Shown here: one piece after another, positions 1-14,364 of the stretch | Position numbering within the stretch: position 1 is the stretch's first letter | Layout: each line of letters begins with the position of its first letter | DNA from: Hydrolagus affinis | Taxonomy: Eukaryota | Length of the DNA stretch: 64,000 nt | Assembly (NCBI GenBank): GCA_012026655.1 | Contig: JAAILG010000456.1 | Coordinates: 1-64,000 of the forward strand | Reading direction: 5' to 3' | Program-made: the position numbers and the translations under genes | The notes under the pieces: model-generated | What the model saw: the letters and a program-made list of their open reading frames with translations, nothing else | Told to the model about the DNA's origin: nothing | Databases searched by the model: none

Positions 1-99
1 CCCTCCCCACCCCTTGCATACCTGTATATTGTATTCTAGGATTATGAATACAATATGGCGGCTTAGCACCTCGGTTTGTGCATTGTGTATAGAGATGAG

Positions 100-242
100 C
101 ATTCTGGGTCTTGTAGATCAGTGTGCGCGCATTCCGATTTTTTACCTCGGATATATCGATATTTTTGAAATGCCTATATCGGCATATCGATATGAAAATT
201 ATATCTGGTTTTAGCGATATATCGATATATCGCCGGACCCTA
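100..242. mobile_element. Right end of a hAT-like non-autonomous DNA transposon (left boundary not determined)
   Basis: Ends in atatcgccggacccta, the reverse complement of a TAGGGTCCGG TIR, with multiple atatcgatat subterminal repeats. Same family as 50441-50660. Confidence 0.75.
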
Positions 243-440
243 GTACACAGCAGTGTCCCACAGACAGTCGTGGATTGAAATGACCAATTTTGTTATTGTG
301 TGTTTATTTTGGAGCGATTATTATTAGGCGTGTGGAGTAAGGAAACTTGCCCAAGGTTTCACCCTGATCTGCCTGGATTCGAACACAGGTCTCACACTTG
401 TAAGGCGAGTGCTCTAACCACTGAGCTACAGGAGCACCAC
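243..440 (-). mobile_element. tRNA-derived Deu-domain SINE (interrupted by the hAT element)
   Basis: cagcagtgtcccaca..gtaaggaaacttgcccaagg..ggattcgaac..gtgctctaaccactgagctaca is the reverse complement of a tRNA-like A/B-box head plus the family body seen elsewhere in the window. Confidence 0.85.
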
Positions 441-2539
441 AAGTTTCGATAAGCATTCTATCCTATGCTATATCAACATATTGAACCCTTGGACCACTTG
501 ATGCTGTCTGTCCAGTGCTGTCTGTCCAGTGCCTTGGAACATTGTCCCGAAGTGAAAGGTGTTATCAAATGTAATTTTGTTGTTGTTGAATCATGAGATA
601 TTTGATTGAAAAGTTTTATTGTATATCACCTGGCACTTTTTTTTGCAGAAATTCTACTGGCATTCTCAAAGCATTAAAACAGTCATGGGGCTGATGTATT
701 TTTGTGTTATCCTTTCCGTTGGGAAATGTTCAAACTGGAATTGATCGTCTTTTGAGGCTGGCAATGGAATTGGAGGTTTGTAAAAAATTGGAAAACTTTC
801 CTCCTTTCTAGCTTTGTTGGGAAATCCCCCAGAAATTCACATCTTGCAATAGGACCTTTGCAGTTTGAATACAGCACTACAATATTGCAGCATTGCCTGC
901 TTGGTGTCATAAGGCATTCGTATTGCACGATCATGACTTATCTGTATTCTCACACACGTGTTGCTAAATCTCATGCCAAACCGAATATGTTGATAATTTA
1001 TTTGAGAGGGGGGTGGAAAAATGTCAACCAAATAATGGGTTATGCAAAGACTGGCATTGGCAAAGATGCATGAACATGCTGTTCACATTGCCTGATGGTC
1101 TTCTCACTCTAATTTCCCAGCCAAATGAAATTAGCACTGCCAATGTTTTCATTTGTTTGGCCTAGCACGGTCCAAAGGACTAACTATCCTTTTGTGGCCT
1201 CTTGTTGGATCCATCCAAACCTCTGCTTGTATACAGTACTTCAATTATAAAACTCGACACTAAACAAAAGATGAAAGCCATTGAAATCCAGTGCACAAAA
1301 TTAGATATGACTAGTGAAAGTATCAGAGACAAAGAAATCAAAGGCATTTGGATCAGACCAGAATTATTATCAGAATAAACGGATTGCTATTCCGAAACTG
1401 ACACCTTAAAATGAAAGCTTATAGATTTTCTTGGAATTTCTGGCCACTCTGTGGCTGAGGGAGAGTTTACTAAAAAAAACCAGGGGAATAAGTTAACTGA
1501 TTTTATTTGTAAATTTGTTTTAAATGATTTCTTGAGCGAGCATTCTTTCCGAGGACATTTTTTAGAGAAATTCCACCTAGTCTAAAGTTACTGCATTTTC
1601 TTAGAGTTTCAGAACAATTGTTAGATTCTTAACATTGAAGCTGGCTATCTATAGTTCTAAAATAACTCCCAATGTGAAAGAAGTAGATACATGTAAGTTG
1701 TATTGTACTATAAAACATATGGCAAAATTCTCAATCACACTTTTTATTTGTGTAGAATGAGATTTAAATTTAGAAAATGGATAGAATTTAAATAAAGCCT
1801 CCCTTCCCTTTGATCAGAAATGTTATTAAACATTCACGACTCAGGGTGAAATTAAACAATTAAAAAGCAACCTAATAAACTGATTATTACCTGTTGGATA
1901 TAATGTTGATCTCCTTAATATAAAGACTGTAGTACTTTTGATTTTGAATAGATTACTGCACAACACAGCATTTAAGGACTGAGGGTGGATTACTGGTTTA
2001 TGTTTTGCCCTTCTATTATCTGCCTGAAGCCTCAGAATACTGCACAGTGCAAAACTATTTCAACGCAGAACAAAATCATTTCACAATCCTTTCTCCAAAT
2101 CATGCACCAGTACAACATAAGAAGATTTGCATAATAAATACTAAACTTATTTTCAGGAGCAATTGCCTAAGCAATTGATTGCCAGCTGTTTGCTGCTGCC
2201 TTGTTTCTGTTCGAAGGTTTCTGTTCGAAGGCTATGCTTGTAATCCTGGAATGGAATAATTCCAGAACTGTAGGTCAAGATATCTTTAATGGACTGCAGA
2301 CTTTGGTGTGATAAATCCAGCAATGGTAGTAACATATTTCATGTAATTCTTTATTAGCCATCAAAACAGATTTCTATTTTGATTTAATATGGTATGAATA
2401 GCTGTAGAGTATTTCGACATGTTTTAAATTTGCATGCTTTTACTATCCAATGCAATGTGGAGGAGAGCGCTAAAGTACAGCTCATATAAGCCATCAGTAC
2501 TGCTGTCACAGAATATCACTGCTCTATAAATAATCTGCA

Positions 2540-2631
2540 CATATGTGTTTGTATGGTATATTCTGTGAGCGCTTTGAGATGTTCTGAAGACATGATAAGG
2601 CGCTATATCAAATGTAAGGATTATTATTATT
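2540..2631 (+). mobile_element. SINE 3' fragment
   Basis: tattctgtgagcgctttgagatg..ggcgctatatcaaatgtaaggattattattatt family tail. Confidence 0.75.
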
Positions 2632-2700
2632 GACAAGTGCAAATTAGATTTCCTGATAAAATTTCTTAAAAACCTGGGTATTTATTTCTTTACTATGAAG

Positions 2701-2862
2701 NNNNNNNNNNNNNNNNNNNNNNNNNNNNNNNNNNNNNNNNNNNNNNNNNNNNNNNNNNNNNNNNNNNNNNNNNNNNNNNNNNNNNNNNNNNNNNNNNNNN
2801 NNNNNNNNNNNNNNNNNNNNNNNNNNNNNNNNNNNNNNNNNNNNNNNNNNNNNNNNNNNNNN
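2701..2862. other. Assembly gap (162 N)
   Basis: Run of N. Confidence 1.
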
Positions 2863-5800
2863 TTCACATCAAGTGGACGTCGCAAACCTGCTGAACAAGC
2901 ACACTCGCAAAACCATATAGAAGCTGATTGCATAACACCTGTCAGCAACAACAAAATTATATTTGTACATTATCTTTCACGCCTGGAGGACTTCAAAAGA
3001 ACAAATCAATTATCTAAACTACCAAGAAAATGGAGACATGGAGTTAAACCAATACTAAGATAAATACAGATTAGAACATGAAACCACCAGAAAGGTATTT
3101 CAATGTATTAAAACAACACGAAAGCAAATGAGGAGCACTTAATCACCTTGAAGATTGACCTCCACCTGCATGAAGGAATATATTATATATACTGGGCAAA
3201 ATGATTCTTCCTTCTAACTGAGAATGATTTTGATGATGTGTTCTTATTATGCGAATTTCTTATTACTAGCACACTTTGCTGAAGTCAATACACTTAATGG
3301 CAAGAAGAATATCAAAGCTATTGTTAAACCAATGAAAAAAACAAATGCTCTTTAAGAAGCATGAGTATCAGTACAGATGAAACTAACCACTCAAAAAATA
3401 GAAGCAGTTCGGATCAACCAACAATCACCAAAAGCAGTACGATTACATGTAAAGCACATATGCATAATGATCGCAAATCAAATGTCTTGCACATAAAGTT
3501 CATACATTCTTAAAGGAGAAAGAGCAGCCAATTCCAAATTGTACTGTATTTTGAAATTTCGGAAGATGAATTAGTAGCACTTTGGATTTGGACTTACCTT
3601 TTTCACTTTCCACTGACTGGCTGTTTTACATTAAGAGACTCAGGCTTCAGTCAATACTTGTTTACTAGGGTTATTATTGAATTACACCACTGTTCTTGAT
3701 CAATTTGCTTATTTCATATATAAGATATCAATTTCCACGTAGCTTTAGCCTGCAAGAACATTATATTTTAAAGTTTAAATGGAGCAGTGTTGTAGAAAAT
3801 TCAATTTTATCTACAAAACAGTTTTCAAGCATTTCTTAAGAAGGACCGAGTTCCAAATTTATGACAAAATAATCTTTTCAGTTAAGAATATAATGAATTT
3901 TAGGCTGATACTGGGCAAGCAAAGCAAAATTACCTGGGTGAAAAATTAATTTTTAAATTCATAAATGTGTTATTGTGTTAATTTTTTATATTAATCAGGT
4001 GGAATTTAAATAGCAGCTAGAACTTAAAAAAAACTTAATTATTTCAAATGGTGTGCCATAATTAACTTTATAAATGTGAGTTAATGAATGCATATGAATT
4101 CAAATTGAGCATTTCCATGGACATGGCATAAAAGCAAGCAATATATAATAATTTGGGGCTATCTCAACTCAGTTATTTGTGAAAGAAATGTACAAGGGAA
4201 AAATAAAGCCTCAAATTTAATTTAGCACAAAGGGGCAGAGTTACTCCTCAAGGCCATAGGGTTGGCTTGTGTGGGGAATCGAAATATCAAGTTACTCTCT
4301 AGAAACTGCTCTCCTGGGGCTGGGGATAATTCACAATTTTGAGGCAGTGTGAAGTTAGTTTTACCGTGCATGCAATGCATTATGTACTAGCCTGGGAGTG
4401 CTTGACACTAACACTAAGTGCACAAGGAAGAAAATATTCCATTCTTCATCACCCTGCTGAACGTAACATTAATCACAACCAAAGAAGCATTAGCCTTGAT
4501 TATCTATTGTCTCTATTTTGGTTCTAAACCGGGAATTACAATCACAGGAATGTTAATAACATGCAGTGAATAATCCACTTGTTATGTACTTGGAACAAAA
4601 ATTGCCTCCGGAGCAAAACCTTGACTACGAAGAAGAGGTCCAAAGGGAAACATTCACTGCAGTACAAATGTACTGTGTACCAATAATTCAACGAGAAGAT
4701 TGTAATATGCCACGGCAAAACACTTGCCCATAGGACTTGGGGTTTTCTAGTGTGGTAGTTATTATCTTTCTTATGCCCACTGCAAGACTTTTAAGTAATT
4801 TCTTGGGGGTAAATGTAGGGATGTTATAATGGGAGCATTGCTAATCCAGTCTTGACACCGAGCCTGTAAACCATTGCCCCAAACCTAGGACCAATCCACA
4901 TCCAATAATTGTGCACTGATACCGCTCTAATCTAGTATGACAGTTTCTGCCAAAAATGTACTAGGTCTGATACATATGAATAATCAATGATGAAAAGCAC
5001 AACATTTTAGCTGAGGATTCTTTCAAGGCCGAATTCTCTGGAATTGTATGCTACTTTGATTCACCTGAGACCGACACTTGAATAATTCTTGATTTATTGA
5101 GATAGTGAGGACTAATGAGATTGTCACTGATCGAGTCCATTCATGCTTCACTAAAACTGAGGTATGTGGTACATTTTCCAGGTCATTTTCCAGGTCTTCT
5201 AGGTTACATTATCTCCAATGTGTGTGATGATGCCATGCGTAGGTCATCATAAGCGCCCAAATAGAAAACATTTGCAGTTATCTCTGACCAATTGTCCCAA
5301 ATAGCTTGTAATTGAAATCATTTTCTTCAAATTGGAAAATACTGGATAATGCACCTTGTGTGATCTGAAAGCAGGAGGCTGCTTCAATTTCAGTTTCTCT
5401 GAAAGCCCAAGACTTGAAAATTGTATACCAGGCAGATAATGTGTGTAGCGGTGTCCAAGACTTTTCTTATTATAGAAAATAGAGCTATTCTCAGAAATGA
5501 TGCCCTGCTACCGTAGCACTCACATTATGTCCACTTGAACCATTATTTTGTGGAGCCAATAGCAATAGGTGCCAATAGTTTAGTCAGTGGTTCGACTCAA
5601 CCTACTGTCTTCAATGAGAGGGGAATGATCTATAAAAAGTACCATATGGAGTGCAGTGCTGAACCCAGCATGGGCTAACTGGAGTATTCTTTTTGAAAAT
5701 TATGTACACATTCTTATTTTAAATCCAAACCTTTTGGGTTAATTCCCTGGGGATATTTGGAGTGTCTCTGCAGTCGGTAGAATGGTTACATCTATTAATT

Positions 5801-8052
5801 GTTCCTCCGAAAGAATATCTCCAGGTGATAAAAAAAAACTTTGCATTTGATGTAGGATGCCGTCCCAAAGCGCTTCACACCGGAATAACTATGTTTTTTT
5901 TACGTGAATGAGTTAGCCAATTGAGCAGCATATGTGTGACTCAATTGGTAGTTTCAAGGCATGCTATTACATAAGCCTCTCTTTCTCGTTCCAGAGCTGC
6001 GCATTTCTATTGTTTTATTTGTAAGTTTCTGTAATGACTATACTAACATGAATAATAATAATTCTTGTATTTGGTAATGGTGTCATCATATCATCAAGAT
6101 ATCTCAAATACTCAGAATGTACTATAAAGAGTGTAAAGGCTGTGTGAATATTTGTAGATGAACTTGACAGCTGATTTGTGCACAACAATGTCCTACAAAA
6201 TGTCATGGAGTGGAAGGTCACCGACTGTTCTTCTCACAAATATTCCCTATATAAATTTTAAAGTTAATTATTTCTAAAAATAACTTTTTTTTACAAAAAT
6301 GTAATCACAAGCCTCCTGGTCCATACCCTTCTCTATGCTGCATGTCTGAGGTTGTTGGTAGACATGGAATATTTATTTCTCAGCTTCAGCTCCCACTATG
6401 GGATAAATAATGTCAGGAGTCTGCTTGTTGCCTTGGGCATACAGTACAGATAGGAAGCCTGATCAGCAGCCTGGGTGGTGAGTTTTTTAAAAAAAAACAT
6501 TACTGAACTAATATATAAATAATCTTTATAAAAAGTTCATATAGTTGCACTTTCCAGTTGAATACACAATGACAAGGTCACTGCAGGACCTAGTCCTATA
6601 TTTTTCCTTTATAAAAAATAAAATAAAGCTCCTAGTGTGCCCGGCCTTTTGATAATTGAATTAATGTAAATCTTTATATTAGCAGTTCATTGCAGCTGTA
6701 ACATTGATCCAGTTCCTTTTAACCCTGCAATCCAAATCCCAAATGGGTAGAATGGTTCTAACTGGACGAGCAGTGGGAAGCTTGCCAGATAGTGCTCTAA
6801 TCTGCAAGCTATGCAGTTTAAGATGGTTAAATTCCAGCACAGCCCAAACACGCACTCTTGGTCCCCAAGCCTTTGCTCTACTAACCTATATCTAAAACTC
6901 TCCAGAATTAGGTAAGCAGGGTGCATCCCTCTGAGGAAAGAGTCTGCGTTCTATTTCAGACACTGGAAAATTTCCATGTGTAGTTGGCATATGTATTTAC
7001 AAAGAATGTACTGTACAGATGTGCAAAGAACGTACAGCATGGAAATAGGCCATTTGGCTGAAACAGTCCATGCTGGTAACTCTCAGAATTTACATAGAGA
7101 ACTTAGAACTCAGAACTTACACTCTTAAGCATGGTGACAATTTACTGCAAGTAAGATTTACCTGTCTGATTGGTCAGTGTGCAACACAGAGAGTAAAAAC
7201 TACAATAGTGATGTAGCAGCAGGTGCCTAAGCTTCTCTGAAGTTTCAGTCTGTACAGTACATAATCTTACAATTAACACAACTAGAGGAATAAAGCAATA
7301 ACCCTTCCTTCTTGTATATATTTGAGCTTGAGCTTACATTGCTGTTCCACTGAATAAAATTACATGGATGCTGAGTACTGATTCCAAAGAACAAATCCAA
7401 CTGACACGCAGGGATAATTTTAAGCAACTCATCTTGACTAGAGATGGCTTCACATACAGTACAGAAAGAGTACATAGAGCTGTCATAGTTCTGCATTTCT
7501 CAAAGTGTCAGGAAAATATCTTCCCTCTAAATGGCTGGAATGCCAGGGAAGCCTGTTGGCACAATTTGACTTATCCAACTCACAAATTTACCGCTCTACA
7601 GAGTGATGAGCTATTGAAATTTGCAAAAGTGTATTTTTATCAATTCATCAGATTAACCAGATATTCTACAAGGCAATTTTTGTTAACTTCTCTGTATCTC
7701 CCAGATAGCCTTATTGCTTTCACACTTTAAAATAATTAGTTTGGAGGACCTACATTTGGTGTACACCTTCACTACTTGTCATTGCTTTACAAGGAACAAC
7801 TATCTTTCCTCATTGGTGAATAGTGAATGGATTTGAAATTGTCTTCCCAGTTTATTTGCTTAATCCAATAATTCCTTCCTGTACAAACAGAAATGCACTG
7901 ATTCCTCAGAAATGAAATTAAGTGAGTTGCGAAACACTATCTATGACGGCTAAAATCTCAACAATGTTAAATTACAATGCCTATACACTTAAACAATCTT
8001 AGTTGGATAAATTGTAAATAAATTGTAACATGTTTTGCACAAGTAATTTTCA

Positions 8053-8212
8053 TAATAATAATCTTTGCATTTGATATAGCGCTTTTCACATCTTCTAGAC
8101 GTCTCAAAGTGCTTCACAGAATATATTGTAAAGTGAATTGACTATATATTTGTGGGCGAAACGCAGCAGCCAATTGCGCACAGCAGGGTCCCACAAACAG
8201 TCATGGATTGAA
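8053..8212 (-). mobile_element. SINE 3' half
   Basis: (aat)n-ctttgcatttgatatagcgcttttcac..gcagccaattgcgcacagc..cccacaaacagtcatggattgaa. Confidence 0.85.
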
Positions 8213-11123
8213 GAATCCAAGATCATAATAATGGTATGGATTATGAAGTTCCTTTGGCTCATTTGATTTTATCCTTCCAAAATACTCACTTTCCCATCTT
8301 ACTATATCAAGAAGTTGTAACATGAACAGCAGTTATTGATTACTGTAGTTAGAAACAAGGCGTGCCAATTTCAATTTGCAGCTGGAACGAGTACTGTATG
8401 TCTGCGTTCATACCATTGAGCTCTGCTGTTCCTCGTATTTATGAGGATTTTAATAAATGCATTTAAACATAAGTTTTAATAATGGTTTGGAATCAATGCC
8501 AAATTGTGCCAGAAAGTAAGATGTTTGATCACATGGGCTGTGTTGAGCTGCCATCCATTCACTTTTGAAAGTGGTGTAAAGACAGTGAAAAGGATTTCAG
8601 GTTTCAGGATGGTAGTTTGAACAGAGACTGAATCCACTGGGGGTGGGTGGGGGGAATAAAGGAAGCCCCTTATTTTAAACACTGGAAGGAATTGATCATG
8701 TAGATGTGAAAAACATGATAAATTGAAACAGCTGCAAGTTTAAATTAATTAAAGGAAACCTGTCTTAATATGCTAATCGTATGTGACCTATGGATTAGAC
8801 TGCCACCTAGTGTGCTAAATATAAATTGAATTGAAGCATCAAAAGGGATTGGATCAATTCTTAATTCAAAGCCAAAACAGTGGGGAAGGAATTATTCACA
8901 CCTGCAAAAAAATGAGAATGTTTTTGATTCATCTGAAAGAGGAAGAAATTCTAGCTGAAGTCACTTTCAGACAGGTATAATTCCACTTCAAATGGAAATA
9001 TAAGATGTGTATGATAATCAGAATAATGCTTCGATTTGGAATAGTGCCTTAAAATATTGTCGAAACATCTCAAAACCTGCACAGGATTTTATTGTAAAGA
9101 GTAGTGATTGTTTACAATATTAGAATGCCCTGTCTCATTGACAGTCGAATTTTAAAGGAGCAGATGGGGAATATGGTTGGTTCCATGTAGGAGCACACAT
9201 GGCACAGCTGTGTGTGTAAAACAGGCAGAAAGCTGCTCTTCATCCAACCACTGAGCTACATACTTAGATCCCTTAGTGAGAGCCCCTCTTGTCCAGGGGA
9301 TAGGGAGGATTTCCTCCTCAGTATGCAGTACCTCCTCATATTGTCATAATAATGAGGATACCTCACCTATGGGGATGAGAAATTCTGTGACCTCTGGGGT
9401 CTGCCGGGGAATGAATGCCGTGTCCCATAGGAGTGACAATGTGGGGAGGAGACAAAGGCAATAGATGCAGGCATGAAAATGCAAGGATTATTATTAGTAT
9501 TTGATGGAACATTGATCTTGCTACAAGCATCCCCCACCCACGTTAGGTTCACAGTTGAATTGATTGAAAACAGTTTGAGAGGCTAGAATGCTCCATTGCT
9601 GTGGCTGATGTTCTGTGTGAGTCCTCTCCCTTGTTGAGTGCTAAAAAAAAAAATTATATGATGTGATTATTATACGATGTGAAAAGCACTATATCAAATG
9701 CAAGGATGCAAGCAATAGTTTCACTAAATGTCTACCCAATTAATTGCTTCCTGATAGGTCAGAGGATCTGTGAAGCAGCTTGTGGAGTCATTGCCCTAGA
9801 TTGGATTGGATGAATATTCATCAAGTGTGTCAGCTCCACAGCAGAGAAATCGACATGAACTGGGTCTCAATGAGATACTCGCTGTGTTGTCCATTTTCCA
9901 GCATCCAGTTGCTTTAAAATCAGACCCCCATCATGTATGAATTACATTGTTTTCAGTCAGCAGCATGCGGCACACACAGAAATCAATCACCATGTTTTAG
10001 AAGTCTCTAGATTAAAAGACTGAAAGTTTCACATGTGTAAGGCTTCTGTTGATATGGAAAGCAGTGATTACTCTCTCCCAATAGGATACACACTGTTATG
10101 TAACCCCAGCGAATTTACAAGCTGGAAAGAATCAAGGATTGTTAGAATTGAACCAGTAAACAACAACAACAAAATTACAATGATAGAGCACCTTTCACCT
10201 CGTGAGGACGTCTCAAGATTTAGTAAAACCGGAGGCTACTATTACCTAGCATTAGTAGGCTTCCTATGGCTTGACCAAGTGGGATCACCCTACCTGTTGG
10301 GGTTGTGGTTTCCAGAATTATATGAAGATGAGGGGACAAAGGCCCAAAATATAGATCCACTCCTTCCAATTCTGCCAACAAGCTAGCCTAACCAGTCCAT
10401 CATCAACAATACCCTGGATTACTGTGTACCTAACTACTGAGTCAACCACAGACGAAAAGAAACAAGATGCCTCATGGCACATGCAGTCTGAACCATATCA
10501 AGATACACTCAATAGAGTTTGAAAGCATGTGCATGCGGCAGTCAGAGTTAGCACTGATAGCAGTGCAGTGAAAGTAGATAGTAATCAAGTTGTCCAAATT
10601 ACATTTAGATTAATTAGATACTACCTTTCACTTTTCTGTATAATTTTAGAATTGGTGATGACAGTGTCATCTGTTTAAAATGATTAGTATCTCTTTCCCA
10701 CACTGTTTCCTTACTAGAATTACATAGTTTTAAGTGATGAAAATGTGACTGTAAGCAGAAGGTCCACTTGAGATCTTGAGCTCACAATCTATGGTAACAC
10801 TCGCAGTTGGGGCATGTTGCATTGTCAGAGTGAAGTCCTTCAAGATGAGGCATTAAACCTGCTTGTCCATGTTAATGTTATATTCTCACTGAATTTATAA
10901 GACAATAAGCCTTGCATTTGATATGTGCCTCATGACATCGTAGAAATATCTCAAAAGCACTGCACAGGATTTTTGCTGTATAGTAAGTATAGTAACTCTG
11001 TACTTCCAGGCAAATGCAGCAGCCAGTCGCATAGATAAATGACCAACAAACTTAAGACTATTTCACACATTATTTTAAAAAAAGGGAGTTTGTTCTGGTG
11101 TGCTAGCCAACAATCCTCTTTTT

Positions 11124-11410
11124 AATAATAAAAATAATAATCCTTGCATTTGATATAGCCCTGTTCACGCCTTCTAGACATTCTAAAGCGCTTCACAGAA
11201 TGTACTGTGAAGTATAGTGACCATATATTTGGGGCGAAACATAGCAGCCAATTACACACAGCAATGTCCCACACACAGTCATGGATTGAGTGAGCACATT
11301 TTTTTCTATTATCAGGCATGTAGAGTAAGAAAACTTGTCCAAGGTTTTGCCCTGCTGGGAACTGAACTCTTTGTGAATCGTGTGCTCTCACCACTAAGCT
11401 ACAGGACTCT
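11124..11410 (-). mobile_element. Near full-length SINE
   Basis: Family tail, Deu-like body and degenerate tRNA head (ccactaagctacagga) are all present. Confidence 0.85.
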
Positions 11411-13549
11411 TCTGCCACATACACAATGGGCCAAATGCCTTTTTTTTGTGCTGTAAATTTCTAGGGTTCTATAGATACACAAGTGATCATTGACTGCAGT
11501 TGTTAGTGGGACATTATTATGGGAAAATTGGCTTCACATTCACTTACAATGCAGCAACTACACTTCACAGAAAACTGTTTTTCTGGTATTTCAATTGCAT
11601 AAGGTACTTTTGTGGTATTTCAATTGCATAAGGTACTCTATCACATACAATTAAATTTTTAAAAAAAATCCCAGCACCCAAGCAGCATTTAAATTGGGAT
11701 TTACACTATATTGAAATTGCTGCATACATATGGACAGAAAGTAATATTTTACTTTAGAAGATTTTTCTTCTCATCAAAGGATGTTAATGCCTGATACTAC
11801 TCTTGTAGTTGGAGAGCCAGATATTGGCACAGTGCCCGGTGATACATTCACTCAATCGATTTATCCATTTGCATTTTTACATGTAAGTTAAAAACTGCCA
11901 TTATTATCACTCACACAGACAGATTTTAGACCTTCAGAAATCAAACCCAAACTTATATTCCGAATTTACCCAAATACTCACTCATCCTCAGGATTCCCTT
12001 ATTTAGCACATAATTCTTGCTCAATTCAGATGACTTCCAAATCCGGCATTTTAATGATATTAAAATCTCTGTAGATCAAATGGACAACTAAAATAAATGG
12101 AATTGCTTTCCCGTCAATTTGAGCATTAGTAAGGGTCATACGCTTGACCAGTGCATCCTTATGGATGGAAGAGTTCATGTCTACTATTTTTAAGATTTTT
12201 AAGGTATTTTAAAGACATAATGTCTGATCAGTGGAATTAATAATCTGTGATATAGATTTTTAAGCAGATGTTATCAAGATTAGTTGACAGGCAATTGACA
12301 TCGAGGCTGGGTTCTATAAAACAGCTGTATTTTCCTGCATTTGTTCTTCTCTTAAGTAACATTCCTGAATTCTGTTTCATCATTATACAGACTTGCTTTA
12401 CGATTATTTTGGGTAGCAAGATGATTTGTTTCACAAGTCCTAAAATTCTTTTTTGTTTGACAATATTTCACGGGAAATGTCTGGTCTAACTTCATTGATG
12501 CACTCTTCTGTTTCTGTCACTAGATGTAGAAACAATAACAGCATAATTCTGATACTGCTGATCTACCAGTCAGCTGAGAACATCCTTAAACTCACGAATC
12601 ATGTGGCAGCATTTCAATGCTAATGCCTTTAGTGAGTATTTTATTAGAAAAATTAGATGCATGTATTTTTCATGTGTGAGCTGATCTATTACATCAGCAG
12701 AACAGGTTATGGATGATGTTGTTGCAATGTGCTTATAATGCTAATACTAATTATTATACTGCTGATAGAATTGAAGTGGTAGAGTGTGATGTGAAATAAA
12801 CCAATTTTAGAAAACGTAAGTGGATACTTTATCCTTTTTGTAAAGATCCTGGTATTACTTTCCATTATAAAATTATACAGGATTTAAAATGTCTCTAACT
12901 ACCTTTTTAAAATATAGATCTTAAAATCCAGGCTGATATTCCAGCACAGTGATGGTGGAAGTGCTGCTTTGTTGAAAGGGTGGTCTTTTGGATGCCTCCA
13001 GATAGTTATTATAGATCCTGTGATCCAATATGAGAAATTTTCCTAAAAGAAACAATCCTCTATATGAATTTGCTTATTTTCCTTGTGGCTGTTTATGCTG
13101 GAGCAAATCAGCTGTTGTTTTGTACTTTGAGACATTTTGACTTAATAAGGTAAAAATGCAAGTTTCTTTCCAATGACATCCACATCTAATGTATTTATTC
13201 ATTTAATGTCTTATAATGGTTTAGAAGAAAACAAACCAAACTGGAGTTTCAGATTAGCATCACCCCCTAGGAATGTTTAGCTTGTATTATAAGCAGAGCC
13301 ATTTCTCAGGTATGAAAAGAGCAGCAGCCCATTGTTATAATAATAGGGATTTAACACTTGATTTCAATACTGTCTCAATGGTTTAGCCACTGCCTAAGTA
13401 ATGTAGATCTAAACGTTCTCAGATTTATGAGACCACAGTCAGTCTGTAATGTGTAAGCTCCTATCAGCTGCTGTAAACCATTGAACCCAAAGACCCTAGT
13501 TTTTTGGGGAGCGAAACACTGCCTGGATTCCAGTTTCCAAGAGTTATCT

Positions 13550-13770
13550 AGTGACCCCTGCAGCCATGTGCATGTGTGCAATGTTGGGTGGGGATAGGAT
13601 GAGGTTCAGTCGTGTTGATCTCACAGTTGATGTCATCTGTCAACAATTACAGTCTAAGGTCAGGTGTCAAGAATGGTCACATTGGCAAGACACCAGATGG
13701 TGTTTAGTCCCATGGAACCACCCCACAGTCTGACAGAGTAATTCGGCACCTTTAGGAAAGGAGAGGTAAA
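13550..13770. repeat. Old degenerate interspersed repeat, similar to 40590-40835
   Basis: Shared motif order by eye (cacagtt..caagaatgg..ccatggaacc..ggagagg). Family not identified. Confidence 0.35.
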
Positions 13771-14364
13771 ATTGGAGAGTGTGAAAAACATCAGGATTGC
13801 ACCATTCACACAAATTTAAAGCTCCAGTGTGTAAATTAGGGCAGAGTTTGAGAGCCATTAATCTTCCATCATGTCATTTGTGATGCTTATTGTTTCCATA
13901 TTAACTGACTGACTGACACTGAATACATAATTCTTTTGATTACTGACCAAATATTCCTGCAGAGGGTAACTCTTTCAAGCGGCTGTGGTAAATTAAAGTA
14001 AGCTTTTTGAAATGTACACGGAGGCAGCAAAAAGGAATGAATGAGCATACAAATCAATTATAAAATTTGTGTTAAAGAAATAGCAAAATACTGCTATTTT
14101 TAGTGATAGCGGCAAATGATGAACCCTGCTGAAAACCACTAAAGTTTCAAAATGCTGTGCAGGAATGTACAAGGGAAATTGAATCATTCTACTAATGCAG
14201 TGATGGGCTGTGGTTGCATGTTCTACATCGAACAAACATTGTTGAAACACTATAGAAATTTGACCATAACATATCAAATACTATTGTTAATTACAAAGAA
14301 GAAACATTAACCATATCAAGCAATGAACCAGGATATCACCATTCACTAAAATATGATACCATAA

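Noticed and set aside
2682-3063. ORFs spanning the N run
   Set aside because: Artefacts of the assembly gap.
10033-10386. ORF containing GLWFPELYEDE, superficially like the VAV3 C-terminus (VAV3 neighbours NTNG1 in mammals)
   Set aside because: No SH3 context, no stop after the acidic residues, and the ORF runs through a repeat tail.
11583-11638. Short tandem duplications (also about 503-532, 2204-2231, 5172-5197, 60329-60367)
   Set aside because: Two-copy slippage duplications of 12-28 bp with no spacer array, so not CRISPR-like.
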